DNA of 64,000 nucleotides, from assembly GCA_028534125.1 (NCBI GenBank), contig CM052816.1:32676001-32740000 (forward strand), in the 5' to 3' direction. The notes under the pieces were generated by a model. That model was not told the origin of the DNA, ran no database searches, and worked only from the letters and a program-made list of their open reading frames with translations. The translations under genes and the position numbers were made by a program. Origin of the DNA: Lama glama (taxonomy: Eukaryota). Position 1 is the stretch's first letter; each line of letters begins with the position of its first letter. Shown here in pieces: positions 40,572 to 54,190 of this stretch.

Positions 40572-41649
40572 TCTTTGTTTTAAGCTTCAGGGTTTTTCTT
40601 AAGTTATATTTTTGTGAATGAATGTTACTTTTTGGGGTAAAGTCAGATTTTCATTTACCAGATTTGTTTATAGTATTGTATATAATGGTAACTAGGGTGG
40701 GAAGCAGATATCCATTGAAGAGTACTGAAATATATTTTCCACTAGCTATTTTTAGGTTCTTGGTTTTATTGTCACTTAATTTATATCGGTATAATAGTTC
40801 TGTCGTAGTTTATAGTAGAAACTGAGAAACGTTAAAGCAGCATGGCCTTGTGCATTTTAGGCTTGTTATCATTCCATTTCTGTGGGTACTTTGTCCAAAC
40901 CTCATCTTCCTCACATTGTGAAGTCACCTAGCCATAATGTGGTTCTACTTCATATTTATGCTCTTATGTCCAATTTTTCTCAGCAAGATATGACTCCCAG
41001 AGACTCTATCAATGCTTTTGAACCCAAACTTGCCTTTGAATTGTAAGTTATTTGTATCTTAGCCTGGGTCCCCTGTAAATTAGGATCTTGAGGCAAAACC
41101 TTCTGTGAAATACTTGCTTTGGGAAGTGATCCAGGAACAGGAGTAATGGCCTAAAAAGAGTTAAATAGCAAAGAGGGACAGCCAGTATAAGTATGTACTC
41201 TCAAGTTCGTCACCACTTTGGACAGTTTGGAAAGTCCTGAGAGCCAGGACTTTCAGAGGAGCCATATAGAATTGTCCACCTAAGGAAAAGAATTATATGT
41301 ATTAGCTCCGTTCCCCTTTAGTCAAGGATTGCCCCATCAACTGTTCACTGTTTTATAGGTTGTACATACATGAATGTTGGGGGCCCACACTAGGGTTCAC
41401 AGAGGTCCTAGGACAGAAAGCAGAAGGATATCTGATGCAGCTGACATGCTGTCAGTTTATTTCTGCAGTGAGCTGATTGATGTGGCAAGGACTAGAGCTA
41501 GAGTGAGCCAAGAGAATGCAAGGTGGGACACAAACGTGTGATATATTTGTGTACTGATCCTATTTACCCTTTCTCCTGGAATACTACCTATTTGCTAGAT
41601 AATAAGATACCGGAGAATAATGAACATGTCAGTTTATCTTTTCCCCTGT

Positions 41650-42105
41650 CTTGTGGAGCTGCTGTGACAGAGTGCCACACATCGGTGGTTTAAAACCGTA
41701 GAAATCTATTCACTCACTGTCTTGAAGGTGGAGGTCCAAAATCAATTTGTCTGCAAAGTTGGTTCCTTCTGGGGACTCTGAGGGAGAATATGTTCCTTGC
41801 CTTTCTCCCTAGTTTGTGGTGGGTGCTGTCAATCTTCAGCATTCCTTGGCTTGCAACTGCCACACTCCAGTCTGCCTCCATTGTCACATGTAGTTTTTCC
41901 TGTGTCTCTTTATTCATTTTTTCTCATGGCCTTCTTTTAAAGATGCCAGTCATTGGATTTAGGACCCACACTAATCCAATAAGACCTCATTTTAACTTGA
42001 ATACATCTGCAAAGACCCTGTTTCCAAATGAAGTCACTTTTCACAGGTACTGGAGGTTAGCCACCTGTGATTGAACATACTTTGGGAAACACAATTCCAC
42101 CTGCA
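41650..42105 (-). mobile_element. MaLR solo LTR (MLT1-type)
   Basis: gctgctgtgacagagtgccacacatcggtggtttaaaac...ttggttccttctggggactctgagggagaat...tacatctgcaaagaccctgtttccaaatgaagtcac. Confidence 0.78.
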
Positions 42106-43179
42106 AAACCTCATTATGGTATTTGCGTACTACCTTGTGAATATTTAAGTTTTCAAATGTTTGTTGATTTAAATTAACATAGAGAGAAATCCATTATCTT
42201 ACTCTTTTAATGGAAGAGTCATATTGGACGTTACCTAAATTTGTGTGCTCTTTCTTTTCTTCTTTGTCTTACATGGCTGATAAAGTGCTATTTCTGTTTA
42301 TTCTTGCATGTCTTTTCATGGTTATCACTGAGTAAAACATTTACGAATTACAAAAGCTAAGTATTAGATATAAACCTTGTCTTAATGGTGGAAAACAAAA
42401 CTCGCCAAAGTAAAATGGAGTAACTGAGAACACTTAAACCAAGTTGTCTAGTATTTACTGTACAATCAACAGGAAGACTCAATGGCTGTAGGAGACAAGA
42501 AGGTTTTATGTAAGGCAACAGAACTGGGCCTTAAAGGATGGGAATGTGTTATAACAAAGCAGAGGGAAAAAGGAAGGGGCATTCAAAAAGGAGATGAATT
42601 ATGAGCAAAAGTACAAAATAGTTTGTATAGAATAGTGAGGAGGGAATTACTTGAGAAGGGTTATGCTGGGACTTAATTCAAAATAAGTTCAGAACATAGA
42701 TTGCTATTGGGTATAACAGATCATAAAAGCCACGTAGAGGTAGTAATGCATGGTCTTAAGAGTATGAGCATTGGGAACAATTATGAGTATGAATCCTGGC
42801 TTAACCACTTGATCTACATTTTTACTAAAATTGTTTGCCATTTTGAAGTCCTATCTTCCTTAACTCTAAAATAAGTGATACCTACCTCACATCTGTGAAG
42901 ATTAAATTATATATACACACACACACACACACATACGTATATATGTAAGACACTTATTATAGTACATGACATGTTGTAAGTATGCAATAAGTGGTAGGCT
43001 TTCTAAATTTCACATATCAAATAAAAAAATATGAAATTATATAGAGGATTTAAATAGTATGCTCCAGTCACTAGACATGTATAGAATTTTGAGAACTTTG
43101 TAGACTTTTTCCTTTTTTTAAATTTCAGTGAGATATTTATAAAAATTAGTCTTATTCTTGACTACAGTGCAAACCTTTA

Positions 43180-45010
43180 AAGAATCTAAATGGTAACAAT
43201 TTTATAGGCAACAATCTCCAGTCAATCTAAAAAACAATAAATTAAGGCAATAAAAAGATGACTCAAAAGTCATCTTATACACCTAGTAATTGAGAAGAAC
43301 CTTTGAAGTATCACCAAGTCAAAGAGGAAATCAACATTGAAATTATGAATTACCAAGAAATAATAAAGGGGCAAATATTTGGTATTAAAACGTATGAAAC
43401 ATGACTAAGGCTGTACTGAGAAGAAAATTAGTACCTTAAATATATATATTATTAAAGAAGAAAGTGACAAATGAACATGTAAAGAAAGTAAGGAAATAAA
43501 TGAATTAATACTCAATTTAACAATAAAAAACAAAATAAACCAGTGGAAAATAAGAGAATATAATTAGTAAAGGTAAATGCAGAAATGAATAAAATAGAAA
43601 ACAAAATAGTGGAAAGGACATATAACACCAAAAGTTGATTTTTTGGGGGTAAAGATCAATAAAATAGATGAAACCCTACAAAGGCTGTTTAAGGAACAAA
43701 AGATAAAACAAAAAGCATGAATGGGAAAGGAGACAAATTTTTAAAAGAATATATACAACTCTGTGCTAACTAACATACTTGAAAAGCTACAGAAAATGGA
43801 TAATTTACTGGTGAACTATTAATGAATCAGATTGGTACAAGAAGATGAAGAAAGCATGAAAAGACTTAACCACAGAAGAAATTTTAAAGTACTCAAAAAT
43901 CTTTCCTCTAAACAGGCACTTTCTGATCTGAATTCCGTCTGACTTTCCCAAAGGCTAGACAAATTCTTTTTCATACTATTCTAGAACATATAAAATTAAG
44001 ATGAGAAACTTCCTACCAATTTATTTTGTAAACTTAGCATAAAATTAATACCTTATTTTAAAATACTGTAAAAATATTAAACTGGTTTCTCTTATAAAAA
44101 TTCCACATGAAATACTGAAAAATAAGAACAAGCAGGGTTTATTTATTGCAGAATGGAAGATGGGTCAAAATGACAAAATATGATAATTTACAGCATCAGC
44201 AAATTAAGAGAAAAAACTGTGGTTATATGTTATATGAAAAGGTGCTATAAAATCATTTGAAGCTACTCCTAATACAGTTTTTTAAATAAAAGAAAAATAC
44301 CTAAACATGTTATAGTTAACTGAAATCTAAGATTATTAAATGATGAAATACTAAACCATTCCTATTAAAATCAGGAATAAGATCACTATTGTTCAACATT
44401 ATTTTGAAGTTTCAAGCTAACGAAAAGATAAAAAGAAATGAAGTGTAAATATTGGGAAAAAAGAGACAATGATCTTTACTTACAGATTATATGACTGCAT
44501 ACCCAGAAATCTACAGGAAAATCTGTTAGAATTCATAGGATAATTTGATAAGGTGGGTCCTTAAGGGATATGTATTAAATAAAATCAGCTTTTATCTGTA
44601 CTAGCAATATCTGGTAGGGAATGGTGTTGTTTCATTCATGGCAACTCAAACAACAACAACAAAAAAACCCCAGAAATTAATTTGATAAAAAATGCACAGG
44701 GCTTTTTCTTGAAGAAAGTAGAAAATTTGATTGAAGGACCTGAATTATTCATGACACAGAGATGTAAGATTTAATATCATAGGAATGTAATCTATCTCAA
44801 ATTAATATAAATGTAGCACAGTTACAATTCTATGTATGCATGAGAATTTGGCATATAATAAGGTACACATTTCTGTCCACTGGGAAAATGTTTTGGTTAA
44901 TGAATAGTGCTTATGTAATCGGTTATCCATATGGCACACAATACAGTTAAAGAACTATATACTCATACTATTACAAAATAAAAATTCTATATGAATTAAA
45001 AATCTTAATG
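43180..45010 (+). mobile_element. Old L1 ORF2 remnant
   Basis: A-rich, with degenerate ORF2 motifs (ccattcctattaaaatcaggaataaga, ctttacttacagattatatgactgcatacccagaaa). Confidence 0.65.
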
Positions 45011-45387
45011 ACAAAAATACTTTCTGACACAAGTTAGTGAATTAATCATTTGCATTTATCTCCTCTTTCTCTTAAGACCGCATTATAAAGTGATAGAAAA
45101 AAAGATTTAAAGAAATTATGTGCTTACAGTACGATACCACAGAATGAGAGGGAGCCAGATCAAGATTGCAACAAATTTCTGGAGGAAGAAGAAATCATGG
45201 AAATTAAAATGATTGCTGAAAAATAATCAAAGACCTTAAGACTTCCTAGGTCTCCATTCTTTCCAGCACAGCAAGTTACTTCCTGTTATTTAAAAGTAAA
45301 GTATTAATTTTGAGAATTTCTTCTTAATAGCCTTTGAAATTATGTGGGATAGTTGGGGTGTTTGAAAGCCATAATTGGGAATTCATG

Positions 45388-45592
45388 CTCTAGGTGAGAG
45401 GTCAACAGATTACCACCAGTTTTGAAAAAACTAAGTTTTATTTGAACACAGTCATGTACATTTATTTATGTATTATCTGTGGCTGCTTTTGTGCTTCAGC
45501 AATAAAGTCAAGTAGTTGTAACAGAAATCTTACGGCCTACAAAGCCTTTTTTATTATCCATTCCTTGCAGAAAATGTTTGCCAACTCCTATT
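45388..45592. mobile_element. MER58A-like hAT-Charlie element
   Basis: aagttttatttgaacacagtcatg...tgtggctgcttttgtgct...agaaaatgtttgccaactcct. Confidence 0.7.
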
Positions 45593-45899
45593 CCAGGTGA
45601 TTTTGGTGGCCATCTTGGAGCTTGCCCTCACTTGGGATGGTCTTGGGTGGAGTCCAGCCAATGAATGTAGCCATTTACAGAATGGAAAGGAAAGGAAGGC
45701 ATGGGGAAAGAATATAGCAGATACAAGACTGAATATCGCCACCTACAGGACCTTAGTAGAGAAAAGGAAGAGAAGTAGAATGGAGAGTAAGGACATACAT
45801 TGGTTGTTAAATAAAGAAAAAAGAATTAAAAAATAGGTGAGGTTCAGTCTGATTTTCTTTTTTATCTAACTTATTAAATTTTCATATTTCTTTAGATTT

Positions 45900-48780
45900 T
45901 TGTTTTGTTTCTTCCTTTCCAGTCGTTTTTCTTTCCTTTTTAAAAATTTACTATCCTAATTAGAACTGCCATGACTGTGATGAATAGAAATAGTAATAGT
46001 AGACATCTTTAACTTGTCTTTGATTTTTAAAAGAATGCCTCTAATATCTCACTATTAAGAATGATGTTTACTGTAAGTTTTTGGCGTGTTCCCTATGCTT
46101 CCAGTTTATTGACTTTTTATGTTGAATAGATAATGACTTTTTTTCAAATATTTTCTCTTTGACTAATGATAATTATATGGATTTTCTTTAGTATTTTAAT
46201 GTAGTGAATGACATATAAATTATCTAATGTTAAATTCCTTGCATTCCTGGAGTAAACTCAGCATGATTCTGCTGTAGATTTTTTTTTACTGTGTACTATT
46301 GTATTCTGTTTTCCTGATATTTTGTTTAGGATATTTGTATCAGTATTCATAAATGATACTAACCTATGATTATTCTTTTTCACACTACTTTTGACTTTTA
46401 TAATTGTATGGGCCTCATAGAATGCATTGGGGAGTATTTCCTGTATTTCTGTTCTTGGAAGGTTTGTATAGTTGGAATGATTTATTTCTCAAATGTTTGG
46501 TAGAAGATATCTGTAAAACCATTTGGATCTTGTATTTTTTGTGTTGGGAGGAGGGGACATACTTAACTACTGTTTCAGTTTTTCAATAGTTGTAGAACTG
46601 TTAAGGTTTTCTGCTGCTGCTTGAGTCATTTCACCCCTACCTTTGAATTTTGTTCATTTTAAATGTTTGGGCTCTTCTCTCTCCATAATCATGTTCAGTC
46701 TTTTCAGAAGAACCAACTTTGCTTTGATCTTCAGACCATACAAAAGGTTACAGTGAAAAAGAACACTTCATGGGGAACTATGTTCAGAATCTTGTAATAA
46801 CCTGTAATGAAAAAAATATGAAAACGAATATATGTGTATGTATGTATGTGTGTATATATAATGCATGACTGGGACATTGTGCTGTACACCAGAAATTGAT
46901 ACATTGTAACTGGTGGTACTTCAATTTAAAAAAAAAAAAAAAGGAAAAGCCTCAGCAAACCTGAGACCTTTTTTCCAGAGTCAATGCTTGTATATTTCTA
47001 TGTCCTTTCAATGACATTTTTATCTTTATACAGTCCTTTTATTTTTTACTAGAGCAGGATGGACAATATGAGACATAGTGATCTGCACTCTCTTTTTTTG
47101 TTTTTGCCTTTTTTGTTGTTGGTTTTTACATCAACCTTATTCTTTTAATGCCAATGTAATATTCCACTGCATGGATGTATCATATTTATTTTAAAATAGT
47201 TATGCTTTTATAGCAAATAAGTCTTTCCTGTTTGTTTGAAGTAACCTAAAAACCCGATGTGTTACTCCCAGGCTGGAATTAGACATCACCACTTTAGAGC
47301 TCCAACAGGCCCTCCATGTGCCTTACACCTATTAACAAATCAGTGAAAATTTAATGTTCATAGATCCATAATAGCCTATTTGGAAGAGGCTGTATTCCAT
47401 TTTAGTATCCTGAATTTAAAAGGGCGCTGTTTTCATAATTTAAATGCCACATGATGTTTTTAAACATTTAAATTCCTTGTCCTTTTGTAGTTTCTCCTAG
47501 TGTATAGTATAAGGAATAGGTGCAGTTCTGTCTGTTTCCTCATGACTGTCCTGTGTCCACTGCCACTTATTTAAGTTCATCTTTTCACATGTGTTTGAGA
47601 TGTTACCTTTTCATGACTAAATTTACATATATTTACTTCTGAAATTTTTTAAAAAATGTATTCCCTGATTGATCAGATGCCAGTATCATAGCTTTTTAAT
47701 CTTTTTATTTTTAAATGGCTTTGGGCTTTGGAAAAATAGTAGAGAATTCCCATGAACCCTGTACTCAGCTGCCCCTAATGTTAACATCTTACACATTCAT
47801 AGTATAACAGTCAGAACTAAGAAATTAACTTACTGTTACAAAACAGTTAACTACATATGATTTTAATTATAATGGTTTTGTACAATATTTTAATATGTGG
47901 TAGGTAGGTCTACTCCTGCTCATCTCTTTTCATATTTTCCTTTTTTTGCTTCTTTGATTTTTCCAGTTGTCTAACTGCAGAAAACAAAATTTTAAAAAAA
48001 TCTTGTATAGTATTTATATTGGAACTGTATAAAATTTATAAATTAACTTAGGGAGAAATGACATCCTTATGACCCTGAATCATTATATGCACAAACAAGA
48101 TATGTCTTCCCATTTGTTGAAACCTACCTTTTTGTCTTTCAGAAGTGTTATAAGATATTTTATTCCGTTTCCTCTTTACTTGGTTTCTCTTGGCACATAT
48201 AAAGGAGAGATTTCTGTATGTTTTGTACCACACTAAATTACTGAATTATCTTATAGTAATATTTAGTTGATTCTTTTTTATACTCTAGATATATAACTGT
48301 ATCATCTACCAGTGGTATTCCTTGCTAACTTCATTCTTTGTTGTGTTGACTAGTATAATGAGTGAGAGTGGTAAAAACAGCTTTCCCTGACTTTAGGAAT
48401 ATGGTATATTGAGTGTTTCCACATTAAGTATGGTGCTGATTTGGGGGTTGACATATATTGTGTTGAAGAAGTGTCCTTCTGTGTTCAGTATTTTCAACAA
48501 GAGTGAGCGTTGAATTTATAAAGAGTCTTTTCATCACCTTTGATATGGTAATTTTTTTTCTATGTAGATCCATTAATATGTTGAATAATGTTATTTTCTA
48601 ATAGTGATTTTTGTAAATTTTAGATTTTCCATCTTTATGTGGTTTGTTTTGATAAATTACATTGTCTGATTATCTGTTTCATTTAGGTTTTCAAGTTGAT
48701 TTGCATGGAGTTGAACAAAGTAATGTTTTCTGATTCTTTCGGTTTCTTCTCTTTCTATTGGTATTTTCCTCTCCTATCAT
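45900..48780 (-). mobile_element. Cluster of old antisense L1 fragments, interrupted by younger insertions
   Basis: Antisense ORF2-like phrases (tgaatagaaatagtaatagtagacatcttt, ccttgcattcctggagtaaactca, aattaacttagggagaaatgacatc). Fragmented. Confidence 0.55.
46771..46942 (+). mobile_element. Short young L1 3' end with poly(A)
   Basis: ggggaactatgttcagaatcttgtaataacctgtaatg...gctgtacaccagaaattgatacattgtaac...ttcaattt followed by an A run of about 15. Confidence 0.7.
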
Positions 48781-51475
48781 TTTACCATCTAAAAGTACTG
48801 GCAAATACATCTTTTTTAATTCATTAAAACAAAACAATAAAAGCTTGACTAATTTTTAAAAGTTGATTGCAAATTTCTTAAATTATGATAAAGAATCCTC
48901 CAGATTTAATTCTAATTGAGTATCCCTTGCTTGCCTAAACTTTTCAGCCTCCTTGCGTTAATTTCTAAGGATACTTGTAAATTTGTTCCGCAGTGAACAT
49001 TTGTGTAAAAGCGTAAATGACAGTCCTTTTGCTTTCTTCTCCCCTACCCTACTCTTAAGGGGCAAAGATCTCTTTAGTGGGCATCTTTACTGAAAAACAA
49101 ATTGAGGTGTTTGTATACTCTCAGTAAAGTTAAAGATTCACAAGTTTTCTCCATTTCATGAAATAAATTTTGATTTTTTTAAAATGTTGCCAAGTGGCCT
49201 GCATTTAAGAAATATTTGATACGAAATTCTTGTAATTGTATAAAAGTCATTCTAAAGTAAATTAATGATTTCTTTAATTTTTCAGAAAGCAGTTTTGTCA
49301 GGGATGGCTGCAATATCCTAAAAGGATATAAGGCAAAATATTACTCTCATTTTTCCTGTAAAATTTCATGAAAAACCTTGCTGTCTAGAGCAGAAAAGAC
49401 TTAAATTCGATTTGATTCTAAAGGGGAGGGAACAATGATTGAATGTTTTAATTGTCCATCTGAGGGAATGAATTTTTTTCGCTCCAGCAAAGCGCGCACT
49501 CAGTAGTCTCTTCCTCATCTTGCCCATCCAGCTCTTTTTGCGGTTGGTGTGTAAGACCTCTGTGTCTTAACATACTTCTGGGTACCTATCTCTTTCTCTT
49601 TGTTACTGCCTTTTCTTGGTATTATTTGAGTGCAAAGTAAGCTGTTAACATTTTATTTGAAATGGAGAATTTTAGGGCTTAAATTATGAAATACTGTCAG
49701 ATTCCCCACCTCTGTCACGTGGTTTTAAATGTGCTATCTATTTCCAGATCTGCTTATTAATGGTATGGTGTGAAACAGATAAGTGATCCCACCTATGAAT
49801 TCCTCCTTTATTTTTGAGGCATCTCTTCTGTCCTTTTCAAGAGAGTGAATTACTTCTTTACCTCTTGTCCATTGGTCAGGGGACTGGGACTTCCGTAACG
49901 GTAGGTCAAAGTTAGGTCTTTCTAAGGAAGTTATGTTTCATGTGTATTTTATAATATAACATACTTACTACTTACACAGCACTTTTATTTTTAGACCTTC
50001 CTTCTGTAACTTAATTTTAACAGTATCGCTGTGAATTAAATTAGAGCAGATAGTAAATGTCCATTTTACAAATGGTGAAATGAATTAAAATAAAAGGGCA
50101 AAGGTAAAACCATGACCAAGACTGAATTTAAGACCCAGATCTCCAAATACAAGTCTAGTGCTCATTCTTTTCAGCCTTGAAGACTTTTGTGAGTGATCCC
50201 AACTTCCCAGGACTTCTTTTCCTCCTCAGGTGACAGAGGGTTGCACCAGGATTATCACTGCCTCTAGCTGCTGGAGAACAGATGAGACTTAAGTCCCCTG
50301 ATTTCTCTTGTTAGGGACCTTCCAGTTGCTGGACTCCAATTTTGTCATAACTAGCCAGTGTTTTAACTTGTCTGCCTTATTTTATGTAGTGCATTTTTAT
50401 TACAGAAACTTGTTTTTATGTCCATATCTTTAAGTATTGCTTGAGTACAAACTTTGTTATATTTTTTATTTCTTAAGGATAGGTAGGATTTTATTTATTC
50501 CCAAGTGAGTTTGAGATTAAACTAAAAAGAACATCATCTGGAAATTGGTTGGTCTTAACATAAGTCCTAGCATTCTCTAATACTTCAGACCAAGGACCTC
50601 TTACTACCTGACTATCTTCTATATCTTTCTTTTTCCCTTCTTTCACTGTCATATAATTAATTGCCAGGCTCTGCATCACTTCTGTTTGAGTCTCTACTCC
50701 TAAAATCATCCATTTTCCTTTAAGTGTCTTTTGGCCTCAGTCTGAGCACAGTGGTCCCAAGACACATATGCCAGAGCATGGCCTATTATGTTCATCCTTT
50801 TGGATAAATGTAATAGAATTTTATATTAGTAATTATTATCATCTTTCTATCCAAAAGATTTGAAGCCTTGGTCTAATCCTTTCCCTTGTGTCTATTTTGT
50901 TAAATGACTGCCTTTTTAATGAGGCCTTCTTGGAACTTCATATTTCCCTGTGGATAATGTTTAAGATTAGCCTTTTATCAAACGAGAAGTGATAGAATGC
51001 AATACCTTATCTCATTCATCCATTCTTGCTGTAAAATTATGTGACTATTGGACAAAATCCAGAAAGAAATTAATATTACCAATATAAATCAATTTCTTAT
51101 CAATGATTATATTTCCCAAGTTTTGCCTGTAAAACCATTTAAAATATCTTACAAACCTTGAAAAAATTCTAACCTAAGAGAAATCTCATCCACCTGTGAA
51201 AAGGCAAATGTATTCAAACACTAGTGAAGTTCTCTTCTATTTTAGTCCTGTTTGTCTTCAGTTAGGACCCCAGTGTTCCGTTCCCTTAGAAAGACGCTGT
51301 TACTTGCACAGTGTTGTTTTGAGACTGAAACTACCACATTAACACAATTCTTCTTATTAAATGTCCCCAGGGTTTCGTTTCTTTATTCCTTTCTTTGTAA
51401 ACAAGCAGCCACTATATTTTTTAGTAGTGAATTTCAAAATCCTTTTTAACCTTATAGGTCCAAGGGTAGCCAAGG

Positions 51476-51610
51476 ATGGCTGCAGCTTCATATGATCAGT
51501 TGTTAAAGCAAGTTGAGGCACTGAAGATGGAGAACTCAAATCTTCGACAAGAGCTAGAAGATAATTCCAATCATCTTACAAAACTGGAAACTGAGGCATC
51601 TAATATGAAG
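51476..51610 (+). CDS. APC: APC first coding exon, codons 1-45 (N-terminal oligomerisation coiled coil). The exon begins at 51458 with 18 nt of 5' UTR.
   Basis: Translates to MAAASYDQLLKQVEALKMENSNLRQELEDNSNHLTKLETEASNMK, the APC N-terminus. Acceptor cctttttaaccttatAG ends at 51457 and donor AAG|GTATCA starts at 51611. The coding part is 135 nt, phase 0. Confidence 0.98.
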
Positions 51611-53859
51611 GTATCAAGACTAACTTTTAATTGTAGTTTATCCATTTTGATTCAGTACTCCTTCCTATAAACTTGGGGTTAGACACTTCACTTACCTAAA
51701 AGTGTGTTTTAAGTTAAGCAGTAATATTTAAGCTCTTTCTGGCAAAAGTTAACATTTATATTTTTAAACAAAATGTTCTGAATTCATCCAGCTAATCATA
51801 TAAAGAAAATGATTGTAAAATCCTAGTGACTAGTTAGTTATTTTTAAGATTAAAAAATGAGGGACCAACTTCACTATCACTATAGAGAGACTGGGTGTTC
51901 TGTGTAATTCATAGAAACTAGCCTCACAACTTTATAAAATATCTTAAAGATATTCATAAAATATCTTAAGTATTAAATATAGTCATCCTCCACAACTCTC
52001 AGATCTTGTCTTCACTTAAGAGCTGCAATGGTAGATGATCAAGAAAATCAGGGTGCCCTAGTGGGAAGAGACCTGAACTGAAAGTCAGTACCTGGTCCTA
52101 ATTCCTGGTTTTGCCGTAAACTGAGCTGCATCACCTTAGACTTAAGTTGCCTTATTTGGAAAATAGTCATTGCACTAATGGAGATGATTTCCATAACACC
52201 TTCAGCCCCTGAAATTGATTTGCCATATCACATTGAAAAGCTGTGATAACCTCCAAGAAAAATTATAAAATATTTAGTCTGCAGTGGGGGAAATATGATC
52301 TGTTTTCAAAATAATTGAAGTTAAAACTTTAGCTAGGGCTAGCTGTTTTAAATTTCAGCTATTTAGGCAGATTCTCTTCTCACTGAATTTAATAATTTTA
52401 TAAAATAGAGATCATCAACAAAACTGTTACCTCATTCCCTTTTTAAAAATTCTTCCTGATACGTGTTATTTCTACCCCTCAGCTGTTTTAACATCAGGGT
52501 TCCTGACCCTGTTCTTCCTGTCTGCTCACTACTCTTATTCCTTAATCATTTCCAATTCTCTTCTAGTTCTTTTTCCATGCATATTGAGGTCTCCCTTATT
52601 TTTCAAGCTTCTGTATATCACTGAACTATTTTTGCTTCTCTTTTACCCTTGGTAATCAATATCATAACAGTTCTGCCTTTTACTCATATGTACTATTCTT
52701 TCTATCCATCTGTCTTTCTGTCTATGAAATCTTTTCTGCACTTGTCTACTTCTTGATAAAAACTGTCTCAGCAATGACAGATCTCCGAGATACCTACCTC
52801 AAATCCTTTTGGAAATAAGATAGAATATAGAGAAACATTTTTTCTCACCTCAAACTATGGGTGACCTTAAAAACAGCTGAATCAATTACCTACTGGGTTA
52901 AAAAAGAGTAGTTTGGTATTTTAAGCACTGATCACCATAGTATATCTATAATTATTATGCATGGCATGTGGTTTAAAAAGTTTAAAGATACAGAATTTAA
53001 AATTCCCAGCAGGGCTACTCTTTCATCTACTTTAGAAGTGTATTTTGCAGAGAATTCTTCCTGGTGTGCCTATCTGAAATTTCTCTTTTATAGTGCCAAA
53101 TTTTGAGATCCGTTTTAAAGTTTTTTTTTTAACTACTTGAACAAATTCAAAACTCATTTTTGGGAGACATTTTAATCTATCTTTAGATTTATCTCCATGT
53201 GAAGTGAAATGTCTCTCAGAGTAACAATACAAGTCAGATCCTTAAATTTCTACAATATCAGATTGACCACTTACCCATGTGGTATAATATACATGATGAA
53301 TATTACTATTTAAGATATGCCTGAATTCAACTGTGAATTGATTATTACTCGGCAAGTGCTTTTACAGATATTCTTGCAAAGCCATCCATATTTCTTTAGG
53401 ATTGGGCGTATGGTATCATAGCAGTTATACCCTTAAACTAAAATTACTTATGTATCTCTCCTTAAGAAGCTTTATGCTGTTAAAGAGCAGAAACTAAGAC
53501 CTGTTAATTTTGTCTTAGAATATTGATTTGTGGAAAGACACTTGAATACATTGACACTTCCTACATTGGATTAAAGTTAATTTGAAACAATAGTTATTGC
53601 TCCCCCCTCCCCAAAATCACTTATTAGACTTTGGAATACATTGTATGATCTGGAATTATGTTTCCTGATCATTAACATATTTACCTATAGAAGGCAAGAT
53701 GGGTCTCCTCCAGCTAGATAATATCAGGATTTCTGAAATTTATGCAGTAGTACCATCTAGTGGCAAAAGAGAATACTGCTTTGCTGTTGATTATGTGTCA
53801 TTGATACTATAAAAATATTTTGTGTGAATATGTGTCAGTCACACAGGGAAATACAATGT

Positions 53860-54190
53860 ACAGCAGTTAGGAAAATGTGAGCACTGTATATTTTACAATA
53901 TTAAGGAGATGTTTATTTTTTAGGTATCATGATGGCATTGTGGTTGTGTTTAGAAAGAATCCCTATTTAAATATATATATTGAATTTTTTACAGAAAAAA
54001 TAATATAATGTCTCAGATTTGTTTTCCAAATAAATTTGAGTTGGTGGGGAATGGAGGAAGTGGTTATGGGTGTAGATGAAACAAGCCCATGAGTTGATAA
54101 TTATTAAGGCAAGATGTGAGGATACACAGGCGTTTGTTACACTGTTCTCTGTATTTATGTGTTTGACATTTCTATAATTAAAATAAAATA
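53860..54190 (+). mobile_element. L1MC-type 3' UTR fragment
   Basis: tgatggcattgtggttgtgttt...gtagatgaaacaag...atgagttgataattatt...ttctataattaaaataaaata. Confidence 0.6.
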
